A stretch of 26,234 bases of DNA from the IMG/VR virus record IMGVR_UViG_3300031707_003683, positions 1 to 26,234 of that record; one strand, 5' to 3'. Positions 8,797 to 18,205 of this stretch are shown one piece after another (the stretch's first letter is position 1; each line of letters opens with the position of its first letter). This DNA is from a virus. Taxonomy: Duplodnaviria > Caudoviricetes. Both the position numbers and the translations under genes were made by a program. Below the pieces are notes generated by a model. That model saw only the letters and a program-made list of their open reading frames with translations. It was not told where the DNA came from and did not search any database.

Positions 8797-9639
8797 ATGC
8801 AGATTATCTCGTCAATACTTCCTAAAAAACCCGAATCAAAAGAACTATTCTCATTGAGCGTGTCGAAGGTTAAAACTTTTGAAGATTGTAAAGCCAAATA
8901 CAAATACTCTTATATCGAAAAGCTTCCAAAGAAAGATTGGGAACATTTAAGCTACGGTTCTTATTTGCACGAAATATTAGAAACGTTTCACAAATCATTA
9001 TTAGAGTTGCCGGAGCAAGATCTGACTATAGCGATGACAGAGGCGTTTAAACAGGCGTCAGTAAGTTTTAAAGACAAAATTACTACGGAGCAAAAAAAAG
9101 AAGCATTTGAAACTGTTAATAGTTACTTAAACAAGCTTTTCAAAAATCCACCCAAATCAAAAATGATAGGTGTGGAAAAACAATTTTATGTAGATATTGG
9201 TGGGAAAATATTATTGAATGGATTTATTGACCGAGTAGAATTAGATGAAGATGGAATTATTCATGTTTCAGATTATAAGACTACTAAAAACAAAAAATAT
9301 CTAAAAGACTACTTTCAGCTATTAACATATGCTTTTGTATTAATGTTAGAAGATCCGTCGATTAACAAGGTCCGTGCATCATACATATTATTGAGACACG
9401 ACTTTGAATATCTAACAAAAGAATTTACAAGAGAAGATACTAAAGTTATTGCTGATAAATTCATTCAAAAATTAGACGATATTAATGAGGAAAAGATTTT
9501 TAGACCAAATCCAACTCCGCTGTGTGGCTACTGTGATTTCATGGAACATTGCTCTGCCGGACAAGCATTCCTAAAAAAACGCGGAATGCTAAAAACTTCA
9601 AATGAAAAAAAATCTGATTATGGACTAAAGGGTTGGTAA
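8797..9639 (+). CDS. Cas4/RecB/AddB-like PD-(D/E)XK exonuclease with predicted Fe-S staple
   Basis: N-terminal LSVS...C, G..LH..LE, GFIDRV, DYKT, QLLTY, C-terminal CxxCx5C. Confidence 0.88.
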   Translation: MQIISSILPKKPESKELFSLSVSKVKTFEDCKAKYKYSYIEKLPKKDWEHLSYGSYLHEILETFHKSLLELPEQDLTIAMTEAFKQASVSFKDKITTEQKKEAFETVNSYLNKLFKNPPKSKMIGVEKQFYVDIGGKILLNGFIDRVELDEDGIIHVSDYKTTKNKKYLKDYFQLLTYAFVLMLEDPSINKVRASYILLRHDFEYLTKEFTREDTKVIADKFIQKLDDINEEKIFRPNPTPLCGYCDFMEHCSAGQAFLKKRGMLKTSNEKKSDYGLKGW

Positions 9640-9640
9640 A

Positions 9641-9838
9641 ATGAGCAGAATGAATGACGATGAGCGCGAATTAAAAGTTGTTTACGAAGCAATAAGTTAC
9701 TGGAAAGGATTTATAGATGCTCTGAAGGCAGTTCAAAACAAAACAATAGACCCAGTAAAACAGATTTCATACGCAGAAGATATGATAGTAGAATATTCGG
9801 CACGTCTAAAAAAACTAAGGAAAAGGACAAACAAATGA
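9641..9838 (+). CDS. hypothetical protein (65 aa)
   Basis: Fits the gap; ATGA overlap with tig. Confidence 0.6.
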   Translation: MSRMNDDERELKVVYEAISYWKGFIDALKAVQNKTIDPVKQISYAEDMIVEYSARLKKLRKRTNK

Positions 9839-11064
9839 ATATCGAAAGCAAAGAAATAGAATACTGCAAACTTGAGGTTCAATACCAGGCAGATATTGAT
9901 ACTGTTAAAAATAAACGAGACGAGGCTGTTAATAAACTAAGGAAAATAGCAATTCCTGGCTTTAGAGCCGGCAAAGCTCCAGATTACGCTATCAAGTCAA
10001 AATGTAAAGATAAGATAAACGTATTCGTCAAACATGAGATGACAACCCAGGCTTATGAGGATATTGTATTCGAGACAAAAATTAAAACAATTGGATACCC
10101 ACAATATAATGATGTAAGGCTAGATGGTAATAATTTTTCATGCAAAATGACGGTTCTTAAAAAGCCTGACTTTGAACTTAAGCAACATAAAGACTTTGAA
10201 ATACCGAAACCTCATTTTGACCGTGATATAGACGCTCAAGTTGAGGCCACTATTCAAGATTTGCGCATGCGTTTTGGCGAAGTCGCACCGTATAAAGATG
10301 GTGAGTTTGTTGAGCGTGGGGATCAGGTTACAATGGATTATTCGGGCGCTAATGAGTCGGGTAATTACAAGGTTGGAGAAGAGGGCATATTATATACAAT
10401 TGGCGAGAATAGATGGCCGGGATTTGATGACAATCTGTTAGGAATGTCGCCAGGAGAGGACCGCAAATTCGATCTTACACTATTACCTTCAACAGTAGTT
10501 AAGTTTGCCGTTAAGATCCACATGGGTATGAAACGTATTCCGTGCCCAATGAATGATGAATTAGCTCAGAAAGTTGGGCTCCAGAATTTTGGGGAAGTTA
10601 GGCAGAAATTAGCAGTTATTGCTGGAGAGAGGGTTAGAAATCAAGAAAACCAAATGGTCAAGCAACAAATAATTGTACGACTATTAGAGGCTCATGATTT
10701 TGTTGTTCCTCAGTGGCTAGTCAATATGGAAGCTCAGCATATTGCTTCTACAGAAAATTCGCAAGGTGCAGCCACATGGAGTCTATTAAACGACGAAGAG
10801 AAACAGGTGTATTTAGATCGCGCAATAAAACAAGTAAAACTATCTCTAATACTTGATTCTATTAGAGACGCAGAGGTTGACGCTGTTTTATCCGAGGCAG
10901 AGTTAATTGAGGTATTAAAGACCCAGATTACTTTGAGAGGTATGGACCCTAATAAATTTGTGGTCGAGGCGCAGCAAAACAGTCAGCTCTTTGGGATCCT
11001 GGCACAACTGAAGGATGAATATGTGCTTCAGTGGTCAATGGATAACAGTAAGATTCTAGAATAA
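9835..11064 (+). CDS. tig: trigger factor (ribosome-associated chaperone), divergent
   Basis: Ribosome-binding signature IPGFRAGKAP; FKBP-like GDQVTMDY...PGFDDNLLGMSPGE; C-domain VPQWLV...VKLSLILDSI; 409 aa. Confidence 0.9.
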   Translation: MNIESKEIEYCKLEVQYQADIDTVKNKRDEAVNKLRKIAIPGFRAGKAPDYAIKSKCKDKINVFVKHEMTTQAYEDIVFETKIKTIGYPQYNDVRLDGNNFSCKMTVLKKPDFELKQHKDFEIPKPHFDRDIDAQVEATIQDLRMRFGEVAPYKDGEFVERGDQVTMDYSGANESGNYKVGEEGILYTIGENRWPGFDDNLLGMSPGEDRKFDLTLLPSTVVKFAVKIHMGMKRIPCPMNDELAQKVGLQNFGEVRQKLAVIAGERVRNQENQMVKQQIIVRLLEAHDFVVPQWLVNMEAQHIASTENSQGAATWSLLNDEEKQVYLDRAIKQVKLSLILDSIRDAEVDAVLSEAELIEVLKTQITLRGMDPNKFVVEAQQNSQLFGILAQLKDEYVLQWSMDNSKILE

Positions 11065-11077
11065 GGAGAAAGTAAAA

Positions 11078-11362
11078 ATGTCAAAAGATGAGCCTGTGTT
11101 TCCGAAGAAGTATGATAAAAAGTTACCAGAAAACTATAAAGAAAATATGGAGACTAAAAACACTGACGAGCTTAAACAAGAAATATTAAAAGCATCAGGA
11201 GTTATAGTTGATCTAGAATTAGACATGGAGAACGACGCAAAGTTGACGGCTCTGAAGGAAGATTTAAAAGCTCTGTCCGGAGGGTATAAAGATGAGTTAG
11301 CTACCGAAAAAGCTAAGGTAAATTATTGCTTGTTCGTAATGCGTCAACGTGGAATTAGGTGA
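11078..11362 (+). CDS. hypothetical helical protein (94 aa)
   Basis: Strong AAGGAG SD; coiled-coil character. Confidence 0.75.
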   Translation: MSKDEPVFPKKYDKKLPENYKENMETKNTDELKQEILKASGVIVDLELDMENDAKLTALKEDLKALSGGYKDELATEKAKVNYCLFVMRQRGIR

Positions 11363-11379
11363 TAACTAAGCATTAATAC

Positions 11380-12318
11380 GTGCGGAAATTAACCACAAGT
11401 GAATTCATTAAAAAGGCCAAATTAGTTCATCCGTGTAACTCAGATGAATTTTATAAATTAACGATTTATAATTTGGTAAGTGAAAAAGTCATGTTCGTTT
11501 GTCCCGAGCATGGCATTTTCTTTCAAAGGCCAAATGATCATTTGTCCGGCAAGGGCTGTAATAAATGCGCAATATTATTTAGAGCAAAATTAATTTCATC
11601 AAACACACAAGAGTTTATCGATAAGTCAAATGTTATCCATAATAACAGGTGGGTTTATAGTAAAACAAATTATTTTACTTCTGGTATAAAAGTTACCATA
11701 ACATGTGTTGTTCATGGTGATTTTTTACAAATTCCAGATCATCATCTGGCCGGGCACGGGTGTCCGGTATGTGGAGGCACTTTAAAATCAAATACTGAAG
11801 ATTTTATTATGAAGGCCAATATAGTTCATTTGTTTTTATATGATTACTCTAAATTTATTTATAAACATCATAAAACAAAAGGAATAATTATTTGCAAATT
11901 ACATGGTGAGTTTTTACAACAGCCGAATAATCATTTGAGCGGTCAAGGATGCCCTTCATGCCTATATAAAAACGAACAAATAGTTGCTGAATTTTTAACA
12001 GAGGCAAAAATAAATTACATCAGACACCCAAAATTGATGATAGGCAAAAAAAGATTATATCCAGATTTTTATATACATGATTTAAATTTATATATAGAAT
12101 ATCATGGAAGACAACATTTTGTTGAGGTCCCATTCGGGAATATGACGCAAGAAATGGCAAAAGAAAATCTAATAAAGCAAAAATTAAGAGACACCTTATT
12201 AAGGCAACATTGCGAAGAAAATAATATTAATTTGTTAGAAATTGACGGGCGAATTTATGTTGGTACAAAAATAAAAAAATATTTAAATAAATTATTATTA
12301 TGTAAATTAGTGGCGTGA
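11380..12318 (+). CDS. putative free-standing homing endonuclease, paralogue of 6657-7775 (3 zinc-binding repeats plus nuclease)
   Basis: Three CxxHG.F.Q.P..HL.G.GCxxC repeats; YPDF...IEYHGRQHF; shared tail ENNINLLEIDGR; GTG start. Confidence 0.8.
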   Translation: MRKLTTSEFIKKAKLVHPCNSDEFYKLTIYNLVSEKVMFVCPEHGIFFQRPNDHLSGKGCNKCAILFRAKLISSNTQEFIDKSNVIHNNRWVYSKTNYFTSGIKVTITCVVHGDFLQIPDHHLAGHGCPVCGGTLKSNTEDFIMKANIVHLFLYDYSKFIYKHHKTKGIIICKLHGEFLQQPNNHLSGQGCPSCLYKNEQIVAEFLTEAKINYIRHPKLMIGKKRLYPDFYIHDLNLYIEYHGRQHFVEVPFGNMTQEMAKENLIKQKLRDTLLRQHCEENNINLLEIDGRIYVGTKIKKYLNKLLLCKLVA

Positions 12319-12602
12319 TGATAAATAAAATAAATGTGCGTTCGTGTTGTGGCAATAAGGCGTTCATTTTTGAATCACAGAAGCCAGTTAAAAAGAATCA
12401 TTTAGACTCTTTTGAAAAAGCTGGCTATATAATCCCAAAACAATTTAGTAACGTTGGGTTATTCTATGTTCAAAATAGCGGTCTTATTGCCACAGCCTCA
12501 TTTGGAAGTACGCGAGTGCAAGTTAGATGTAGTGGTAATAATTGCGAAGAGCTTTTGAAAAATTTCGAGTTGCTGCTTGATGAGGTGCTTAAAAACTTAT
12601 GA
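12315..12602 (+). CDS. hypothetical protein (start GTG 12315 or ATG 12318)
   Basis: Overlaps both neighbours; RSCCG motif. Confidence 0.7.
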   Translation: MMINKINVRSCCGNKAFIFESQKPVKKNHLDSFEKAGYIIPKQFSNVGLFYVQNSGLIATASFGSTRVQVRCSGNNCEELLKNFELLLDEVLKNL

Positions 12603-12979
12603 AAGCCGTTTCAATAATATTAGATTCGCTAGAGCAAAACAAAGATTTAAATAGTGCTAGTGCGTTTTCAAGCCTATATAGTGTTGTAAAATATCTGAAC
12701 TCAACTAATGCTTCTGCAACCTTGCTACTTTGTGCGAAAAATAGTAAGGCGGCGTTAAAACAAATAGTAAAAAGTTTAGACGATTATACCAGCAGAGAAA
12801 TAGATTCAAATTACTCAAACCCTTACGATTTGTATATTACATTTTTGTTTATGATAGCTTCTGAGGCTGACCCGTCTATTTCTGATGCATTAGGTAAAAA
12901 AATCTCTAATGCTAAGAATTTATTTTGGGCTAATAAAATTGTAACCAGCGGACTATTAAAGCAGGAACTATCTAAATGA
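12599..12979 (+). CDS. hypothetical protein (126 aa)
   Basis: ATGA overlaps at both ends. Confidence 0.65.
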   Translation: MKAVSIILDSLEQNKDLNSASAFSSLYSVVKYLNSTNASATLLLCAKNSKAALKQIVKSLDDYTSREIDSNYSNPYDLYITFLFMIASEADPSISDALGKKISNAKNLFWANKIVTSGLLKQELSK

Positions 12980-15900
12980 TTGACTATGTATCATTAAATA
13001 ATAAGACTTCATTTTCGTTAATGAATGCTCTTATTAGTCCGGCTGATTTGTTTAAACGGGCCGCTGAGCTTGGTCAGAAGGCGGTCGTAGTTAGTGATAT
13101 GGGTTCTTGCGCGGGCATTTGGGATAGCCTTAAAGCGTCCAAAAAGACCGGGGTAAAACTTATTGCGGGGTGTGAATTCTATTTTGTTAATGACGTAGCA
13201 GATACCGAAGCCTCATTAAGACACGTTGTTTTATTAGCCAAAAATGCTGTAGGGTATAGAAATTTACTCTTATTAAGCAAAAAGGGTTATGATAACAATA
13301 TTATTATGTTTAAAAAGGCTATTCCAAGAATTGATTGGAAATTGCTAGAAAAACATAGTGAAGGTTTGATTTGTACGACTTCTGGTGGTAACGGTATTAT
13401 TTCTCAACTGATTATGAAGAGAGATTTTATTTCCGCCGAAGATCAAATTAAGAGATTGCAAAATATATTTGGAGATAATTTAGCAATTGAACTTCAACCA
13501 CACTCATTGAAAAGAAAATCTTCAGCATATTCTGGGGAAGTTGATCAAAATCATATTAACATTGAATTGTCTAAACTTGCTCAAAAATTAAATATTCGTT
13601 GCATTGTTACTACTGACGCTCATTATTTAGAAAAGGAACATAACAGGGCTCTTAACACATTGTTGGCTATTGGATCTGGCCAGCCATTTAATTCTGGCGC
13701 TAGATTGAGTTATAATGTTTCTGAGTTTCATGTTAAGAGTGGTGTTGAGGTTGCTAATTATTTTCTTAGGCTAAATAAAATTGAGCCTTTAAAGTCTTTG
13801 TGGAATAGTGATTTTGTTACTAGCCTATTTGAAAACACTATTTATTTCGCAGATCAATGTGAAGACCCTGTGTGGGTTGATCCTAAACACACAAATCCAT
13901 CAGGAAAAGAGTTGCCAGAGTTTCCAGTTAGAAATCAGGCAGACTATGATGAATTTAAAGCTTGGTTAAAATCAAGCCCGAGTTGTAATGGTTTGGCTGA
14001 AGATGCTGCTTATATGCGTTATCGTTGCGAGTTAGCCTTCAATGATATGGTTCCGGTAGGGCAAGAAACTGAATATAGAGCGAGATTAAAAGAGGAGTTA
14101 GATGTATTAGAGTTTCATGGGTTTAGTTCTTATATGTTAATTGTTGCGGATATTTTGGAGTACGCAAGAAACAACAAGATAAGACTTGGAGTTGGGCGTG
14201 GGAGCGCGGGCGGCAGTTTAATAGGATATTTATTAAAAATACATATTGCGGATCCTATAAAGTATAATCTTATTTTTGCAAGATTTCACAACAAAGAAAA
14301 ATCTAGCTTTCCAGATCTGGATAATGATGTTGCGACATCCGGAAGAAAACAGGTTCAAAATTATATAAGCAAAAAATATGGAGAAGATTACGTTGCGCAT
14401 GTTAGCAATATTAATACCATTACCCCTAAAGTATACGCTCGTGATATAGCTAGAACATTTGGCTTCGGAGATTCAACTAGAACCGAAACTGTAAAAATAG
14501 CAAATGATGTGGCTGATACAATTCCGGCAGACATAAAAACAGTTAAGTCCGCTATTGAAAATATTCCTTTGTTTGCGGCGTGGGCGGAGCAATATCCTGA
14601 ACTCACTGAATTTGCAGACACTATTGGGGGTAGTTATAGAGCTTGGTCCACTCATGCTGCCGGAGTTGTAATTGGCAAACGTCCTCTTACTGGATTAATT
14701 CCTCTGCGTAAAGATAAAGATGGGAACGTGGCAATTGAGTATGAGAAAGAGCGGGCTGAAGAGAACGGTCTCGTCAAGATGGACATATTAGGAGTAGAAG
14801 CGTTAGACGTTATATCTAATACATATAAAATAATTAAATCATTAAACAAACCTGCTCCACCAGACCCTCCTGATTTTGATGAATACGATCCTAAAGTGTA
14901 TGATATGATTTCTGCTGGTAATACCTTTTGTGTATTTCAATTGGGTACAAGCGGCGGAACAATAGAATTATGCAAGAAGATTAAGCCAAAAAGCATTGAT
15001 GATCTGGCTATTATTAATACGTTAACAAGACCGGCCGCAGCAGATATTAGGGATGATTTTATTAAGACTAGAGAGGGTATATTATCTGTAAAAATTGAAT
15101 ATCCGTCACTAGAACGCGCGTTTAAACCTACATACGGATTCCCTATTTATGAAGAGTGTCTTCTTTGGGTAGGGCTTGATGTTGCAGGCTGGGATTTAAA
15201 TACAGCAGATAGATTGCGAAAGCTTACAAAAGATAAAGGCAAACATCCCGAGAAGGTAAAGCAATGGCGTGAAGAATTTATTTCTGACGCCCAAACTAAA
15301 AGAAATTTAACAGAAAAAGATGCTACCGATATTTGGGATAATATTATTGCCAAATTCGGTGGTTATGCATTTAATAGGTCCCATGCTATATTCTATTCTT
15401 TATTAGGGTATCATACTGCCTATCTTAAAGCTTATTATCCTTTAGAGTTTTTAACAGCCAGTTTAATGTCGGAAGTTAATTCTGGCGCCAAAATAGCTAA
15501 AGAAAATATTATTAAAATTAAAGATGAAATTAGGAGACTTGGTATTAATATAGTCCCTCCAGATATTAATACGTCAAGTATTTCTTATAAGATTATTAAT
15601 GACAAAACATTAATGACCGGGCTTAATTCTCTTAAATATATGAACGATGACGCTATTCCTGAATTACTAGCAAATCGTCCGTATACTAGCTTTGAAGATT
15701 TCTTAGTTAAGATAAATGGCCAAAAATTGGGTTCAAGGGCAATTCAAGCTTTAGCGGCAAGCGGATCTTTAGATTCGTTTGGCATTTCGCGTAAGTTAAT
15801 GTTTTTTTACGCGGCGGATTTTAGAAAGAAATTACAGGTATATTTGAAAAAAGATCCTGAAAAAAGAGGAGAGTTCAAATATCCCTGGCCAGAAAATGAG

Positions 15901-16599
15901 TCTGAGTGGACACCTAGAGAGATGTTTGCTTTAGAAGAGTTTTATTGCGGCGAAGGTATGTCTGGAACAATGAATGAACGCTATGAAGATTTCTTTGTTA
16001 GAAGTACTCCTTTTCAAAAATATATAGATAAATATGAATATGTAGAACTTCCAAGGCCGCATCCTAGTGACCTAAATACTAAAGAGAAAAAAGAAGCATT
16101 TGATAAACGAAAAAGAATGAGAAATACCTATCCAGAATCTGACATTACCGGTGTGATTACTAGTGTTTTTTCATTTAAAGTAAAAAAAGAAGGAAGCAAG
16201 CTTATAGGCAAAACCATGGCCAAGCTAATGATTCGAGATGCTTATGGTATGGAAATATCAGCTGTGGCGTTTCCGTCTGATTGGGATGCTATGCAAGAAG
16301 TAATTAATAATCTTTCGTCTGGTAAAAACAAGGTAGCTCCAGGAATAGCAATTAATTTCGCAGGTTCGTTCTACAGAGAAAGCGAACATTCTTGTCAATT
16401 TATTGTTGGTGAAGTAGGTGGTTATAAAGCAGCTCCGGAATTGCCAAAAGATTTAAAAAGCAAAAAGGTAAAAATTGTTAGGGCCAAAAATATTAAAAAA
16501 GACCTTAAAAAAATAGATAAGAAAAAACTGGCTCAAGAATTAGAGGATGAACTGATTGAAGATGGGCTTTCTAATTTGGAAGAAGATGGTGATATATAA
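12976..16599 (+). CDS. dnaE: DNA polymerase III alpha subunit (C-family, DnaE type)
   Basis: PHP-like N terminus, GRGSAGGSL, catalytic PDLDND and KMDILG, STHAAGVVI, YAFNRSHA, PPDINTS, HhH and C-terminal OB-fold-like region; no intein. Confidence 0.97.
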   Translation: MIDYVSLNNKTSFSLMNALISPADLFKRAAELGQKAVVVSDMGSCAGIWDSLKASKKTGVKLIAGCEFYFVNDVADTEASLRHVVLLAKNAVGYRNLLLLSKKGYDNNIIMFKKAIPRIDWKLLEKHSEGLICTTSGGNGIISQLIMKRDFISAEDQIKRLQNIFGDNLAIELQPHSLKRKSSAYSGEVDQNHINIELSKLAQKLNIRCIVTTDAHYLEKEHNRALNTLLAIGSGQPFNSGARLSYNVSEFHVKSGVEVANYFLRLNKIEPLKSLWNSDFVTSLFENTIYFADQCEDPVWVDPKHTNPSGKELPEFPVRNQADYDEFKAWLKSSPSCNGLAEDAAYMRYRCELAFNDMVPVGQETEYRARLKEELDVLEFHGFSSYMLIVADILEYARNNKIRLGVGRGSAGGSLIGYLLKIHIADPIKYNLIFARFHNKEKSSFPDLDNDVATSGRKQVQNYISKKYGEDYVAHVSNINTITPKVYARDIARTFGFGDSTRTETVKIANDVADTIPADIKTVKSAIENIPLFAAWAEQYPELTEFADTIGGSYRAWSTHAAGVVIGKRPLTGLIPLRKDKDGNVAIEYEKERAEENGLVKMDILGVEALDVISNTYKIIKSLNKPAPPDPPDFDEYDPKVYDMISAGNTFCVFQLGTSGGTIELCKKIKPKSIDDLAIINTLTRPAAADIRDDFIKTREGILSVKIEYPSLERAFKPTYGFPIYEECLLWVGLDVAGWDLNTADRLRKLTKDKGKHPEKVKQWREEFISDAQTKRNLTEKDATDIWDNIIAKFGGYAFNRSHAIFYSLLGYHTAYLKAYYPLEFLTASLMSEVNSGAKIAKENIIKIKDEIRRLGINIVPPDINTSSISYKIINDKTLMTGLNSLKYMNDDAIPELLANRPYTSFEDFLVKINGQKLGSRAIQALAASGSLDSFGISRKLMFFYAADFRKKLQVYLKKDPEKRGEFKYPWPENESEWTPREMFALEEFYCGEGMSGTMNERYEDFFVRSTPFQKYIDKYEYVELPRPHPSDLNTKEKKEAFDKRKRMRNTYPESDITGVITSVFSFKVKKEGSKLIGKTMAKLMIRDAYGMEISAVAFPSDWDAMQEVINNLSSGKNKVAPGIAINFAGSFYRESEHSCQFIVGEVGGYKAAPELPKDLKSKKVKIVRAKNIKKDLKKIDKKKLAQELEDELIEDGLSNLEEDGDI

Positions 16600-16617
16600 T
16601 AGATTAAAGGTGATAAA

Positions 16618-17316
16618 ATGCGTTGTATGACATGTGAAGCAGATATTCCTCCGGCGTTTGTTAATGCTATAGCCAAAAATGAGTGTGCTGGTTGTGGCGG
16701 CCCAATTATGACTGATGACGCCAAAGTATTAATGGATGAACTTGCTGATGCTATGGAAAGAATGCCAAACAATTCCAAGGGTGTAGCGGGTTGGCTATTA
16801 TCTAATTATAGGTTCAGTAAAATTGGTGATGCTCAACCTGTAGATAAATTTCATACCAAGCCAGATCCTAAAGCTGCCGTACAACAAGATAATCGCCAAA
16901 TAAAAATAGCCGAAAATCCTATGCATCAGTTTTTAAAGCGAACCGATGCTTATAAAAATATTCAGGAAAATGAAAGCAAAATAAATGCCAATAGCAAAAT
17001 AGCTCAGATGGCTCGTAGTATTGCTGATTTAGAAGTTGAAGAACAGCAAGCAGACGCCCCGGAACAATATGACCAAGATGAATATGATGACGAGCCACCT
17101 GTTGAACGCGGGCCAAAACGAAGCCGGGCACTACTTACCGGAACTGACTTAGTAGACTCTAATGCCGCTCCACTTACACCTGGAGAATTAGCTGCATTGG
17201 CTGGCACTATTGGGAATCAAGTTGATAATACAGAAGAAATACTGAAACTGCAAAGATTCAAGCGAGTTAAGGCCCAACAAAGCGTATTAGGTGGCGGTCC
17301 AATTAGGCGCGGATAA
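16618..17316 (+). CDS. hypothetical protein with N-terminal zinc ribbon
   Basis: CMTC and CAGC; acidic low-complexity middle; AAGGTG SD. Confidence 0.75.
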   Translation: MRCMTCEADIPPAFVNAIAKNECAGCGGPIMTDDAKVLMDELADAMERMPNNSKGVAGWLLSNYRFSKIGDAQPVDKFHTKPDPKAAVQQDNRQIKIAENPMHQFLKRTDAYKNIQENESKINANSKIAQMARSIADLEVEEQQADAPEQYDQDEYDDEPPVERGPKRSRALLTGTDLVDSNAAPLTPGELAALAGTIGNQVDNTEEILKLQRFKRVKAQQSVLGGGPIRRG

Positions 17317-17675
17317 TGATTAGAATAATAGATCATAAAAAAGTTGAAATGACGAATGACGAATTTACAATGTATGATAATATTTGTCGTTCGTATGATG
17401 ATGTAAAAGTAAACAGAAAAGGTGAGGACCTGTTCGTAGACCATTTTGAAGTTAATGGAGAGGGTATAATTATTTTCGTCAAGCCTCCAACCAAAAGATA
17501 TTCAAGTTTAGAGGTTTATTGTTTCTTGGTAAGCATTATGCAAAACCAACATATTAGAATTATGTACGAACAAAACAAGTCTCTTTTGAATGAGGCCTCG
17601 GTTAAAATTAACTCCCTAATAAAGGAGTGTTCTGATTTAAAGACGCAAGTTGAAAATTATGTGTCGGGTAAATAA
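17316..17675 (+). CDS. hypothetical protein (119 aa)
   Basis: TAATG overlap; C-terminal coiled coil. Confidence 0.75.
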   Translation: MIRIIDHKKVEMTNDEFTMYDNICRSYDDVKVNRKGEDLFVDHFEVNGEGIIIFVKPPTKRYSSLEVYCFLVSIMQNQHIRIMYEQNKSLLNEASVKINSLIKECSDLKTQVENYVSGK

Positions 17676-17691
17676 TGGGTAAAATTTTCAG

Positions 17692-17700
17692 GTCGAGCTT
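17692..17700 (+). promoter_or_regulatory. intergenic motif GTCGAGCTT, copy 3
   Basis: Exact repeat; 35 nt upstream of ATG 17727. Confidence 0.6.
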
Positions 17701-17726
17701 CATCACCATACATACATATCAAGAGT

Positions 17727-18203
17727 ATGGGATCATGGTTAATAAGAGATGTTATTGGCGCCGATGCTGAAGAAGACTTTCTAAATTTTGATTTGTCAGA
17801 AATCAGAAATTTATCAGAGGCCCTTCAAATGATGGAGGGCCTTGATCTTCCTCAGGCAGAAAAGTTAGCACAAGATTCCTTACGTTGTGCTGATATTCTT
17901 TGTGAATATTTAGCCAAGCTTACCAAAACTGTAGCGTACCTTGAGTCGAAGTTGAATTCAGCAAAGAATAAAGAATCTCTTGCTTACGAAAACCCAAAAG
18001 GGAAAACCACTGCTGATATGAGACGCTGGGCCGGCGAAACCAGTCCTGAGGTTGAAGAATTACAATTAAAAATAGCCAAAGCTAAGGGCAGTAAATCATT
18101 GGTAGAGAAAAAATTTGATATCGCAATTAAATCTCATCATCACTTTAAAGATATGGCCGGCAGTTTAAGAAAAACAATTCTAGGTTATAGAGATGGAGTA
18201 TAA
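17727..18203 (+). CDS. UvsY-like recombination mediator (putative)
   Basis: All-helical 158-aa protein with KTTADMRR...SPEV pattern, directly upstream of the recA-like gene; assigned from size, pattern and context. Confidence 0.5.
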   Translation: MGSWLIRDVIGADAEEDFLNFDLSEIRNLSEALQMMEGLDLPQAEKLAQDSLRCADILCEYLAKLTKTVAYLESKLNSAKNKESLAYENPKGKTTADMRRWAGETSPEVEELQLKIAKAKGSKSLVEKKFDIAIKSHHHFKDMAGSLRKTILGYRDGV

Positions 18204-18205
18204 AT

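Noticed and set aside
8797-9639. Cas4-like gene as evidence of a CRISPR-Cas system
   Set aside because: No repeat-spacer array or other cas genes in the window; solo Cas4-like exonucleases are common in phage replication modules
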